A DNA stretch of 61,989 nucleotides, counting the filler, from Sphacelaria rigidula (lineage: Eukaryota), in the NCBI GenBank assembly GCA_964200075.2. It is 7 parts of 7 records of this genome, joined end to end, with 100 filler letters (N's around TTAATTAATTAA, not from the genome) between each part and the next. Parts side by side here need not be neighbours in the genome. Positions count along the whole stretch, not along the records: positions 35,482 to 44,251 come from CAXNAA020010151.1; positions 44,352 to 53,120 come from CAXNAA020010152.1; 5 more parts are not named here. One strand, 5' to 3'. Under the pieces are notes generated by a model. The model made no database searches, had not been told where the DNA came from, and worked only from the letters and a program-made list of their open reading frames with translations. Shown in pieces: positions 38,186 through 49,774 of the stretch. The translations under genes were made by a program, and so were the position numbers. Positions within the stretch are counted from its first letter, which is position 1. Each line of letters begins with the position of its first letter.

Positions 38186-38789
38186 TACGACCTGGGCCAG
38201 CTGACAGTGATTTGTGAATGTATCCGGGCCCGGCGGTGGGTAATCCGAAGCGTGGGGCGCTGAAAATTTGACACAACGGTTTTATCATCACTACGCACAA
38301 CCTTCTCGGGAATGCCAAGAAAAGAAAAAAAAAAAGTTACAGCGATAAGACGTTTCTGCAAAAACTAGAAAAATGCTATAACACCGTGGAAATGAAGGAA
38401 ACACGAGGGCATCCCTAGCACAGTTGTGCGTCCTTGTGTGGAGGAGATCCTGGTGCAATTCCGGCGGAAAAATCCAGAAATTTGGCGCAGCATCCAACTT
38501 TTCGTGTGGCACGGCTGCGCTTGTTTCATCCAAGTGATGCAGTTGACTCCAGTTACGGAGGTCACGAGTTCGAAATCCCGACGGATTCCGTTTTTTTTCC
38601 TTCCGTCGGTTAGGTGATACATTATGCAGTACATATTTCTTCAATTTTGTTTTCATTCAGCGGCGGTCCCGTCCGTTACCGCGTTGATCTGCAGGTCACA
38701 TCGATATACTCAATTCGGACTGATTTGGTAAACTTGATAAGTTATGATGTGACATGCAAATGCGGGATCTACTACTGGCCCAGCTCGTA
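38186..38789. mobile_element. 604-bp TA-ended TIR element, second copy
   Basis: TACGACCTGGGCCA...TGGCCCAGCTCGTA; interior is the reverse complement of 30514-31117. Confidence 0.75.
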
Positions 38790-39585
38790 GCACATGAAGA
38801 ACGACTTTGCCCTGGGCCAGTCACTGGCTGACTACTTCATGTGTTTTAGCTTTTTTTTTGTCACGTCTGCTTCGCTGGTACCTGGTGGTTTTGCAGCTTT
38901 CCGCTTTTTTCCGCAAGCGTCTCGACGGCTGGTCCGTCGAATGAGGAAAATGAAGACAAACGAGTTGTGACATATACGGCGGGACGCTTCACGCGGAACT
39001 GCTGAACGCCAAACCCCAGTTGCCAATTGCTAATTCCATGAGGAGTATTTGAAGATGTAGCACATGCTCACTACACCTCGAAGTGATATAACGGATATGT
39101 GCCAAACTTTGTCGTTTCATTGCACGACATCCGAAAACAGAAACGACAAACTGTGACCCATGACGACAAGATACAAGATACACCATGGCTTGCTGTTTAA
39201 CTACATACGCGTTTGTCGGCCCGGACGTGAATAATTTTGCGCCCTTATCCCCATGTCCTGCCGGCCTTGGCTTCCTTGTTCCCATCCTCCGCTTCTAACG
39301 GAGAGTCTCTTCTGCTGCATCCTAAAGGTAATATATTTTCGAATCGCTCACCGCTTTGAATGAGATTTTCATGTCATCTCAACCTCTTAGCTCCTCAGTC
39401 TGAAGGGTCACAATTTCCACAACTGTCCACATTTTTTAGGGGAAAACAAGACAAATACCACAATCTTTCTTGCCTCCGGCGGCGCTCCCACGAGGTCCCC
39501 TCAACACCCGGGGAGAGGGCGGGGGGTTGGGGCTAGCGACTTCGCCGCTCCCCGCCCATGTTTTGCCGATTAACTGAAGAAACAT

Positions 39586-41181
39586 AACACGCTGGACGAG
39601 CCATTACTCGTCGAAACGAGTGCACTCGTTGATTTGATTTGAAAACACCACGAGCATGACTCGTGTGCCCGAGTTATATATAAATATATATATATATATT
39701 TCAGCACGAGCATGACTCGCGTGCTCGAGTCATATATTTTTCGACCACGAGCAATGCTTCGAGTACCCGCCGTAGTACTTTGTATCGCCACGAGCAATAA
39801 CTCGAATACCCGCCCTATTAATTGTTTCCAACCACGAGCAATGACTCGAGCGCTCGCCCTATTAATGGTTTCCACCACGTTGTCTTCCGTCCACTCCCTC
39901 TCCATCGACTTCCACGACCTCCTGGCACCAAACGACGTGCTACCAATACTACTGTTGGGCATCGTCTCTTCCGGCGTTGACATCGTCGGTATCTTCTCTC
40001 CCGTCGTCCACTCACTCGTTGCTGGTTCGCCAGCATCTTCTGAAAGAGGAGGGTGGCTCATGGGTCGACACCAAACAGCACTGCAATTAAATGTAAGTGT
40101 ACTGTTGTTGTCTTCACATTAAAAAGTCGTTCCGGTATCTGCGCAGTGCTGTACTGGGCATCTGACTCGGACGTCTTCTGTGGTCACAGACTACCACCCC
40201 ATGTTAGGGTAAAAGGAAAATCAGGAAATAAAATCGGACTCACGAAAAATTGACACAGACGCGATGCAAGAAAAACAAAACAAAACAAAAAAAGTGAAGA
40301 GAAAAAGAAGAAACAAGAAACCTATCCTTGGACCTCTGAGAGGACAGCTATGCGTATGCATAAACTAGGAAAACCAGAAAGGGCGCCACATGACACCGCC
40401 CACCGCCTCGGAGGGAGGGGTACTGCTCGAGTAATACTTCCCGCTTTAGTACAAGTCTGATATCTCCCTCTCTTTCTCGCTCTCTATGTATGTGATGCTT
40501 GGATAAAATGAGAACAAGCTTTGAATTTCGAAGCTGGAAGCTTGTACATGTGCAGATATGCATATGAACTTGAAGACCCTAGGTTCAATATCGTCGAGCA
40601 GCTCATTATAATTATTTTCTCGTCGGATTGCTGACCCCTCGACTCGTGTCGTTCACCACGAGTAATGAGTCGTGTGGTCGACACATTAATTTATTTCACC
40701 ACGAGCAATGACTCGAGTGCTCGATCTATTCATTTTTCAAGCACGAGCGATGACTCGAGTGCTCGCTCTAGTATTTTTTTCCACCACGAGCAATGACTCG
40801 AGTGCTCCCTCCATTCATTTTCTCCATTACGGGCAATGACTCAAGTACTCGACCCACTATTTTTCATCACCACGAGAAATGACTCGAGTGCTCGCCCTAT
40901 TAGTTTTTCCCGCCACGAGCAATGACTCGAGTACTCGACCTAATATTTTTTCCCACCACGGGCAATGACTCGAGTACTCGCCCTAATAATGTTTCCGCCA
41001 CGATCAACGACTCGAGTACTCGCCCTATTCATTTTTTCCACCACGAGCAATGACTCGAGTACTCGCCCTCTTCATTTTTCCACTACAAGCAATGACACGA
41101 GCGCACCCCTCCAAAAACGGCCCACGGGCAGCGGGACGAAAGCGAGTGCCACACGAGTCACTCGTGCTCGTCCCACGCATG
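39586..41181. mobile_element. Non-autonomous hAT-like element with 42/43-bp CACGAGCAATGACTCGAG arrays
   Basis: Termini ACACGCTGGACGAGC...GCTCGTCCCACGCATG. Arrays at 39649-39875 (~5 units) and 40657-41100 (11 units). Possible degraded TSD AGAAACAT/AAAAAAAT. Confidence 0.75.
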
Positions 41182-42201
41182 AAAAAAATCCATGTGTTGG
41201 CCGCTTGCGCGGCCAGTTTAAGCTTCAGCCCTTAGACAGCGACCCCCTCGCAGGTGGGCTGAGATGAGCTATGTCACATTTGAGGGCCAGAACAGCTCTT
41301 TTCTCGCCTTTTTGCATCATCATGTGGATGCTGGGTATCTATATAGGAAATAGTTCCGGAGCACCCCTGACCGTTTTTGACCGTGCAATCAATAGCGTAC
41401 AGAGTCAGTATGGTGCGGTATGTCTCCGCTGGATACGACGGCAAGAAACAATCAGCGTGTCATCGCTCTCCAATGAACACAACTCACTGCATGCTGATGA
41501 TGACTCTGCTTAGTGTTCCACAGCAACACCACAGTGTGAAGCTATGCCGGCAACACATGAGGGGTCAGACAAGCGGCACAGACCACGAGCAGAGCATAAA
41601 ACACGTTACTGTATTTGCACCCATGTTATCTATGGTTGAATTGCCATGACCAAGATGAGAAATACCAGTAGACAGCGAAGGAGTTAGGCCTGGACACAAT
41701 CTGCTATTTGTTTTGCTCGTTTTTTGCGCTTTTCTGTTTTTTTCCCTGCGTTTTTATTCGCTTTTCTGCGTTTCTTCTGCGCCCTTTTCTTATGTTCTGC
41801 ACCCGCCTCCCCTTTTTCTGACCCTTTTTTTTTTCGGCCCCTTAGGTTGTTTCTCGACCCTAAATTTCTTTCGGCCCTTCGTGTTGAAAAGTACGACCCT
41901 ACCGCACATTTCTTTCGCGTATCTCGTTATTATTATCTCGTACTTCGCACATATTTCTCGGCGACATTTTTGACATGTGTTGTGCTTCTCGTCTTGTACC
42001 AGTACAAAATGCCACATGATCCATGGAGAGAAATGTATATACTTCGGGTATCGGCCACGCCGTGCTGTGAAATTCACCATGACCTTCGTACATTGAACGA
42101 ACGGTTTCTTCCCACAACATGAATAACTTCGAAAAACTAGAACAAATAGATGGCGACAGATCGCCCGAACTAGATGGCTGAACACATCGATACTTGGAAA
42201 C

Positions 42202-42352
42202 CTTCGTCTTCGCGGGCTGGTTGCGGCGCCCGCGAAGGGTCACACCCCTCACGATTAACACCGCACTCATCCCTGCTGTTGCTCCTGCTGTACTCTCCCT
42301 CCTCATCGCTATCATTGACGAGCGGGTTTGTTCTTGTGCTGGAACCCTCCAT
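42202..42352 (-). CDS. Candidate first coding exon, unknown low-complexity protein
   Basis: ATG at 42352; MEGSSTRTNPLVNDSDEEGEY...AREDE; weak donor G|GTTTCC; no homology recognised. Confidence 0.25.
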
Positions 42353-42573
42353 ATGTGTGTAGCGTGTACTGAAGTGTGTGCGTGTGTGTGCGTGCTGCTG
42401 TATACTATACATCGCTGCTGTGCAGCTGCAGATAATAAGAAGGTCCGAGAGTCCGCGACGCGGCGACACACGCGCGCGCTGGGTTCCCGCACACGAAGTG
42501 ACCCCCCAGCGGTTGAAGATGATGCCGAAAATGAGGGTGTTTGGATAGGAAGAAGAACACGCGCGAAAGGAGG

Positions 42574-42789
42574 CGGGGCCCTCCACGTTACACGCCCACG
42601 TTTCACATTTCACGTCAAAGTCAAGCTAGGCTTGTCATACGGTGGGGGATCACGTGGGGAGCCCTGATTTGACTTGACTGACTTTCAAACAGGGCTCCCC
42701 ACGTGGTCCCTATCCCCCACCTTAGTATTAGCCCGGCTTGACTTTTGACGTGAAACGTGAAACGTGAAGGTGTAACGTGTAAGGCCCTG
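42574..42789. repeat. Fold-back element (~95-bp inverted arms)
   Basis: CACGTTACAC...TTTCACGTCAAAGTCAAGC pairs with GCTTGACTTTTGACGTGAAA...GTGTAACGTG; inner CACGTGGGGAGCCCTG pairs with CAGGGCTCCCCACGTG. Confidence 0.85.
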
Positions 42790-43516
42790 AAATGAGGGGG
42801 TCTGGCTGTCTATCTGCAGGTTTTCTGCTCGGGAAAATCGCAAGTCTGCGCGCTGTCTTATTGGAAATCTGCGCCAGGCAATCCCAATAATGCTCTGTCC
42901 TCTCTAGAATCTGGTGTATTTCCTGAAAGTCTGCAGACATAAGAAGTGTTCTGCTTTTTCTGCGGCCGTAGAAGGAGTCAAGGCCTAGAAGTAGTCCACC
43001 TATAGTCCACCAATAGGGGAACTATAATATTATAGCCGCTCATTTCGACGGCCGTGATTGGTCAGAATGGTCATTCCGCGCCTTGGGCCTCGTTCCTGTC
43101 TTAGAATCTTCCGCGGGAAACTTCCGAATACACATGGGTGACTTGGTGAGCTTTTCGGCTCAGGGCGTGTCTTAGCACTTTTTTTTTCGATTGAAAAAGT
43201 GCGATCGATTTTTTTTTGTCCTATCTGATAGGTCCACCGCATTTATGTTCCTCGAAGGCTCGACTCAAAATTATCATTAGCGGCGCGCGGAGAAGAATGC
43301 AACGAGTGAAAAAACATTTTTTCAGTACATATCACTTGTTTTCCCTGTGATGGACGCTGGCTTCATTCCCATCACCAGCAATAACAATGCGTGTGAGACA
43401 CACTCCACGTGCACAGCTCCCACGGGGAGATTCGCACAGCTATTTCTCCCAGAACTTAGCTGAGTGAGGAAGCATAGACCCATCGGCGGGTAGTACGGAC
43501 TAGCGCTTTCCAGCTC

Positions 43517-43784
43517 GGCGGCTATCACGCGCAAGGTGCGTGGGCGTTGTCGCACTATCAAAATGCGGACCGTTTCTCGCACGAGAAAGAGCAGCAACAG
43601 CAGCAGCAGCAGCAGTATCGGCACCGGCTGATTCAGACCCACCCACAGTAGTATTTATCCACTTCTTGTAGTAAAGATGCTGCTGCTGCTGCTGCTGCTA
43701 TTGCTTTTTTTCCCTCTCGAGCTGGAGGCTGTCCGCATTTCGACCGGCGACAATGCCCATACACCCTTGCGCGTGATTGCCGCC
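43517..43784. repeat. Fold-back with (CAG)n/(CTG)n inner arms
   Basis: GGCGGCTATCACGCGCAAGG... pairs with ...CCTTGCGCGTGATTGCCGCC. Confidence 0.8.
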
Positions 43785-43977
43785 CTACCTGAAGTCGCTG
43801 GTCTATTCCGTGTGCTGTTACCGTCATGGCATCACTCGTCTCCCCGTCCAGTGGAACGGCGTGAGATTTCTCGTGAAAACGAATTTGGCAACCGTCTCGT
43901 CACTATCACTTTATCACGAAAAGATTCTCGCTTTCCTTGTTTCGTCAAAATGCCGCCTCATGTCATAGATCTCTTAA

Positions 43978-44251
43978 CCCTTTTGGGACCGGACCCTCAC
44001 TAACACAGCGTTGACCCTGTGTTAGTGGAATAATAACAAACACAAGGGCTCCGGACGCGGGGGCCTACGGCCCCCTCGTCCTTCGGTGTACTGTGGTGTC
44101 ATGACGTTTAGACTTGTGAGAAATGTTACCAAGAGTGACGGTGATGTTGGAAAGAAGGAGGACAGACTTGGCAGGAGGCCCCCGCGTCCTTTGGTGTACT
44201 GTAGTCTCATGACGTTGAGACTGGTGAGAAATGTTACGAAGAGTGACGGTG
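43978..44251 (+). mobile_element. piggyBac-like left end with hairpin and 108-bp tandem repeat, cut by the contig end
   Basis: TTAA|CCCTTTTGGGACCGGA (same TIR as 22474); CACTAACACAG/CTGTGTTAGTG stem; repeat units at 44085 and 44193. Confidence 0.6.
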
Positions 44252-44351
44252 NNNNNNNNNNNNNNNNNNNNNNNNNNNNNNNNNNNNNNNNNNNNTTAAT
44301 TAATTAANNNNNNNNNNNNNNNNNNNNNNNNNNNNNNNNNNNNNNNNNNNN

Positions 44352-47093
44352 CCAAGGTCGACGAATGTATCGTCGCAGTGTGAGAGGATATCAGTAACTA
44401 CAGTAGTGAGGGATTGTCGTAACTGGCTGCAGGAAAGGCTTACATCAGATCCCGCAGGGAAGGGTAGTGAAGGCTTGACTTTGCCTACAAACTTCGGGTC
44501 CAAGTTCTTGTACTGATGGCGTACAGCTGAATGTGTGCCTGTCGGTCCGTGGAAGAGGGGGAAGGGTCACTGGATTGAGGGGCGGGAGCCGAAGGGGCAA
44601 ACTGTAAGCGGCGGGTAGCAGGTGTGGTGTCTTCCTTCGCTTGCTTGACTTTGAGCTGAGAGTGACGCTCTTTGGCGACAGTGGATGATAGCGGAAGGAA
44701 ATCGCTCAAAGTGGGGGGCGCCGGACGTGAAGGGGCCGCACTCGTGTCATTATGAGACCCGTCAGTGCTGTCCGACTCACTATCGAATGAAGGGCGACGA
44801 TGACGGCGAGATCGTGACTGCTGCGATATGTGAGATTTACCACTATCCTTGAGACGGTGTTTCCCTTTCCCTTGAACAGTCCAACTGCCGCCACTGTCCG
44901 TTGCATTGTGCTCTACGTGACCTGCCTGAAGGTGACTAGTGGCAGTAGGGTGTGAACGGTCCGTCCCATCAGCAGGGCTGTGTACTGTCATGCGTATCTG
45001 CTCAATTTCTGTGAATAGCCCGATAAGGGGCCCGACGCACTCATGCCGTAGCGCGAGGCTAAATTCGGAACGAGGGTTGGAAGGTATGCATTGAACGACG
45101 CCTGCTAACGTTACGGTCTCGGTGTGTTTCGGAAACCAGTTGAGTATCTTTATCGAACTGTCAGGGAACAGTGAGGCGCTGTGCCTGATACGCGTAGGTA
45201 AGGAGGGTTTCAGGGTCGTGGACACAATCGTAGAGGGGAACAGCTGCCAAAGGTTCTACACCAGAAAGATCAAGACCGTCGGAACGAGTAGCCTTAGGAA
45301 GTAGCGTTGGGTGAGTGGGTTTAGTGGAGAGTGATTTGTCCGCTGTGGAGGCAAATGTAGGGGGAGTTTTGCCGCGGTGAACTTTGGGGGGCACACCAAA
45401 CGTGGTTGAAGCGCCGGGTGCGATCGTCTCAAGTGGCATGGGAGGTAGTCCCGTGGCTACAGGGGCGACATTCGGAGTGGCATTGGAAAGTGTAGGTGAA
45501 CCAGTGGATGAGTGATCAGAGTCGGAGTAAGTGTCGATGGGATCGCGGGTGAGCAGACGTAACTGTTTCGTCTGCTCGTCTAGTGAAGATTGAGTGACGG
45601 AAATGCGATAGATGGATTGTTCCGCCGTCGTATTGTGCTGCTGTAAAGCGTGTTCATATTGGGCTTTAGCCGCCTGCAAAGTCTTGGCGGTTTGCCGGAG
45701 GAGGCTGGCTTCTTTGTTCTACCCCTCCGCCAAGGCTTTGCGTTTGGCTTCGACCTCACGACGTACTCGCTGGATTTCCTGAGCGTGCTCGAAAGCTTCA
45801 CCATTCTTACGTTCCACTTGCGCTTGTGCGGTCTGGGCCAACAAGTCGTCCCAGTAAGCGGCTCGTTCCTCGCGGGAAAGTTTGTCCCACGCATGGGCTG
45901 GAATAGCAGCGGGACGGCTATGTTTAAACTGGACCTTAGCTTTGTCGCGTGCTTTCTTGGGTAGGCGCGTAGCCGTGGTTTTTCCCGACTCACGACCACT
46001 CGTCGAGGCTACGATATCAGAAGCGTAGGGCTCCGCAGGGGAATGATCACGAACCCAATGGTCACCACTAGCAGTAGAGTCGACGTGCCTAGTGTCACTG
46101 GTAAGAGTTTGAGCGGCGGCGGCATGCAGTGGGAAATCAAGTCCCAGCTGTATGTCGGTCACCATAGAGAGGGGAATTCCTCCCGACTGAGATTGGGCAT
46201 CATCATCATCCTCTACACTTTCAATGACTGGATCAGGCACGACTGTGTCTGACGCAAGCAGTGGTTCACCGGATTCGGAAGAGGATGTGCCTTCTTCATC
46301 AGCACGTAGCTCTAGCGAAGCCGGGGAGTTAGCGCTTGTGTACCTGCGCGGGTGCGCGTCACAGTCAGTGTAGAACGAAGGAGGGTAATGAGTGACCGGG
46401 GTGTTGCATTGGAAATGGAACAGGAAGAGAATCTACTGTAGGAGCCTGTGGGCGTGGTGGGTGTCGGCCAGGCACCAGTGAAGGACAGGGAGGGGCGATC
46501 TAAGAAGGGACTAGAGAGAGGGTGCGGACGAGTTGTCCATACCGGAGTCCACGAAATGGACTGGATGAACACAGGACCTTGGGAAGAGGGTGGTACTGTA
46601 GTGTTATCATGGATGTTTGGTTCGCATACATTGTGCAGGGTGGGGTCGGGTGATGTACAGTCAACACCCACGTTGGGCACAAGCAAAATGTGCTGCACGG
46701 TGAGCATATCTTGAGACAGCAAGAGACGGTCAACATTAGCTACTGAAGAAGAAAAGGCCGACGGTACATGCGGCGGGGTGGGTGTAGCGAAAGGATGCAC
46801 GCTGATACAGTGCCGGTAATGGTAGAAAAGAGTTGGTAGCTGGTAATGTACGGGCAGCTCATACGGGAAAAATGTAACGGAGCAGGAGAGTCACGGTATG
46901 AATTGGACTCTACATCATGACTCGCATCCGCTACAGGGTAGGTGGGTATCATTACTGGGGCGGGTGCCACAGAGAGGTAGCTGGGACGAGCAGGTGAGGA
47001 TGGTGGGGGGGCAAGTGCTATTGCTCGCGTACGTTCGCGACGGAGTCGGCGCATCGTGCGAACGTCTAGTGTATCAGAGGTCCTTGAACTCAT
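44352..47093 (-). pseudogene. Long disrupted gag-like ORF (S/P/T-rich + coiled coil)
   Basis: Chain of minus-strand ORFs 47093-46740, 46800-46312, 46240-45719, 45679-45161, 45225-44485 and 44503-gap. Composition and architecture parallel the contig-1 gag N-terminus. Confidence 0.6.
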
Positions 47094-47266
47094 GTCACCA
47101 GGGATAGATGACAGAGCAACGGCATCAGACGGCTAGACGGTGAACAAACAAAAAAGATGCGCATGCAAGGCACACAGTAGTAGTGTAGTGTACACAACAG
47201 CTCGGCAGTCCGAACACAACGCAACTCAAAAAAGAAGTGCAGCACAGGCAGTGCGGGAGCTCTAAC

Positions 47267-47936
47267 TGTGACGTGACAAGGGTGAGTCACCTTGAGAAGG
47301 GTGTAATGGTGTTCACCACGATTGATTCCAGGTTCAGACCTCTGTGTAAGTTGTTTGTTTACTCAGCTCAGCAGCGCGAGCTGACCAAAGTCGCTCTCGT
47401 GTATTTCACGCAAGGAGACAACAAGCCAATACAGACAAGAGTAGCACCGTTTTTTCACGCAATTGATTGCATCCAAGCTTCATCTACAGAACAGGCAAAT
47501 ACAAGACAAACCGAAACAAGCCGAAGCCTCAATTAATAAAACACACCAGACAAAACGGCAGCCCGACTACTGCTCTTATTTCTGGGACTCACTTTCTCGC
47601 GGTTTGTAGATACTCCAATGGGGAAACTGTTGAATTGCAGCCAAAACCCGGGATTGAGGAGATAGTGACGTTGGGGAACTGCTTACAGCTCAAACGTGTT
47701 TCGCCACCCCATAATCATCATAAACTGAGGTCATACCATAAAATTCAAGAGCCGAGCTCTTCAATACATTCCATGGTTGGGTCGCTACCTTTTTTTCGAA
47801 TTCAAGTACATGCTCTCCGTAGAACGTCAACCCAAGCGGAAGCCAATTTTCCGCTGTTTGAATATGAAAATGTTCATCATTCAACGTCACCTTTGCCCAA
47901 GATCATGACTACGTCCTGCAGTCACATCATATCACA
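47267..47936 (-). repeat. Candidate single LTR (~670 bp)
   Basis: Minus strand begins TGTGATATGA after the purine-rich GGAGGCTAG and ends TCACGTCACA (imperfect terminal inverted repeat). No second copy is present to confirm it. Confidence 0.5.
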
Positions 47937-49774
47937 CTAGCCTCCGATGGGTAAAGCTTTCGCAGGAGAACACAGTGAAACGAGATTGCTTTACCCACAT
48001 ATTCCATTCCCCCACACCACAAAAACATATTTAAAAAAGAAAAAAGAAAAAAAAATACCACAATATAAAGAAAATGTGAGACACGTCGAGGGGGGAGTAC
48101 TGTGACGGGGACTAAAAGGTCGACACGACATATTGAAAACAAATCCGAAGGGTGTGAAAAAACAAAGAATCGACAACCGTCGAAAAAACAGCGCCGAAAG
48201 CTACGAAATATCCGGGAATCCAGGACAAATTCGCCACAAAAAGCTGAAGCAGAGAAAAAACAAGCCGGTCGTCCATCCGCTACGAAAACCTTGACAGAAT
48301 GCTTGACTGCTATCATGCGAAGGGGACATTATGTCTCAATACACGTTCAGTTCCGTTGTGAGAGTCTTTTTCAAGCAGCCCGCCAACGTTTCACAGTACC
48401 GGAGAAGCACAAACGATCGTACACTTCTTTCATCAGTAGAACCCAACGGTGTAGAATGCTCAAGCGGGAAAAAAAGAGAAAGAAAGAATGAAAGAAATCT
48501 TTCGCTGGGCGGAAGACACCGGAAACCAAAATCAACATGTAGCCGTGAGGCAACATGATGCACCAACGTGACGATGAAGGGCGGCCCATCGAATTGAAAA
48601 GGGGCCTGTATCGTCCCACAAAGCGTCAACGAATAACACACAACCGTAGGAGATAAATCCAAGGCGGGTAATCCGATGCGTTCGTGGTGAACCACGACAA
48701 GTATACAGAAAGAAGGACCAATGCGGTCTGCTCTTGGATACTTGCCCGTTCAGACGAGAAAATCGAGAGGGTGTGCATACAAACGGAAGGATAAACTCCC
48801 GCCGAGCACATCAACGCGATAATCCGCCAGCAACAACCCTACAAGGAAAACGAACCACCGTACTGATTTCCGAAGCGGCGGACCGGATGTACGACCTCGA
48901 GACTGCGAAAAACAGAACAATTTTTGGCGGACTGGTGTTGGGCGATAAATAGCCGAGCAACGGAACTGAACATAATCCAAGAGAAGAGTAATACCCCCGA
49001 ACATGGGACAACTGATACAGCGAGCAATTACAAAGAATCTGCGATGGCACTCAGGAAAAGGGCTTGTTGGACATGCAACACATAACCCGGTCATCGAAAG
49101 CCAACGTGAGTCCAACGGTATTAAGCTGTAAAGAAAAAGACACACACACACAAAACAAAGATAAGATTAGGGGGGAAACGAATAACAGGGTACGCGGAAA
49201 GAACCAGTCCGTTGGAGAGGCTGATAGCGTACGTGGTTGGGCAATCGCACACACAAGGTATTTGCCCCGGACAGGGGTTGATACGGGACGTGCTGAAGAA
49301 TACTAACGGTGTACGTCGGCCGCCTTCGAATACGAACAAAAAGAAAAAGAAAAGACGAAAACAACGAAAACAGGTGACCATGCGAGGTAGGAAGAAGGGG
49401 AAACAGGACAGAACACAAAAAAAAAACAAGGAAAAAAGAACACAAAAGCTTCATACAGGAACAGTCATACGCGGCAACGGGTCACTATAGAACACAGACA
49501 TACGCGGCTACTGGATGCTGCCGAGGGAAACGTGGGCAACCGGGCTACACGGTGTTCAAGGAAACGAGACCACGAGAGGACAAGGGGAAGCAGGGGGAAT
49601 TATAAAAAACACGACGAGACCAGGGGGACTGCGATTGGCGGTAGGGAAAAACGCAGACCATCGACCCACAACATTACTTGAGAAGACGACACCAACGACA
49701 AAACAAGAAAAAAAAACAGGGGGGATTTCGAAGAACACGAAAAAACTCGGAAGGAACGCGATTCGCTACTAAGA

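Noticed and set aside
40657-41100. CRISPR-like array (28-bp palindromic repeat + variable spacer)
   Set aside because: The spacers are only ~14 bp, T-rich and similar to one another, the repeats are degenerate, there are no cas genes, and the array sits inside transposon termini in a eukaryote.
48088-48110. Plus-strand PPT + TGTGAC LTR start
   Set aside because: It is on the opposite strand to the pol and gag-like ORFs and no matching end was found; probably chance.
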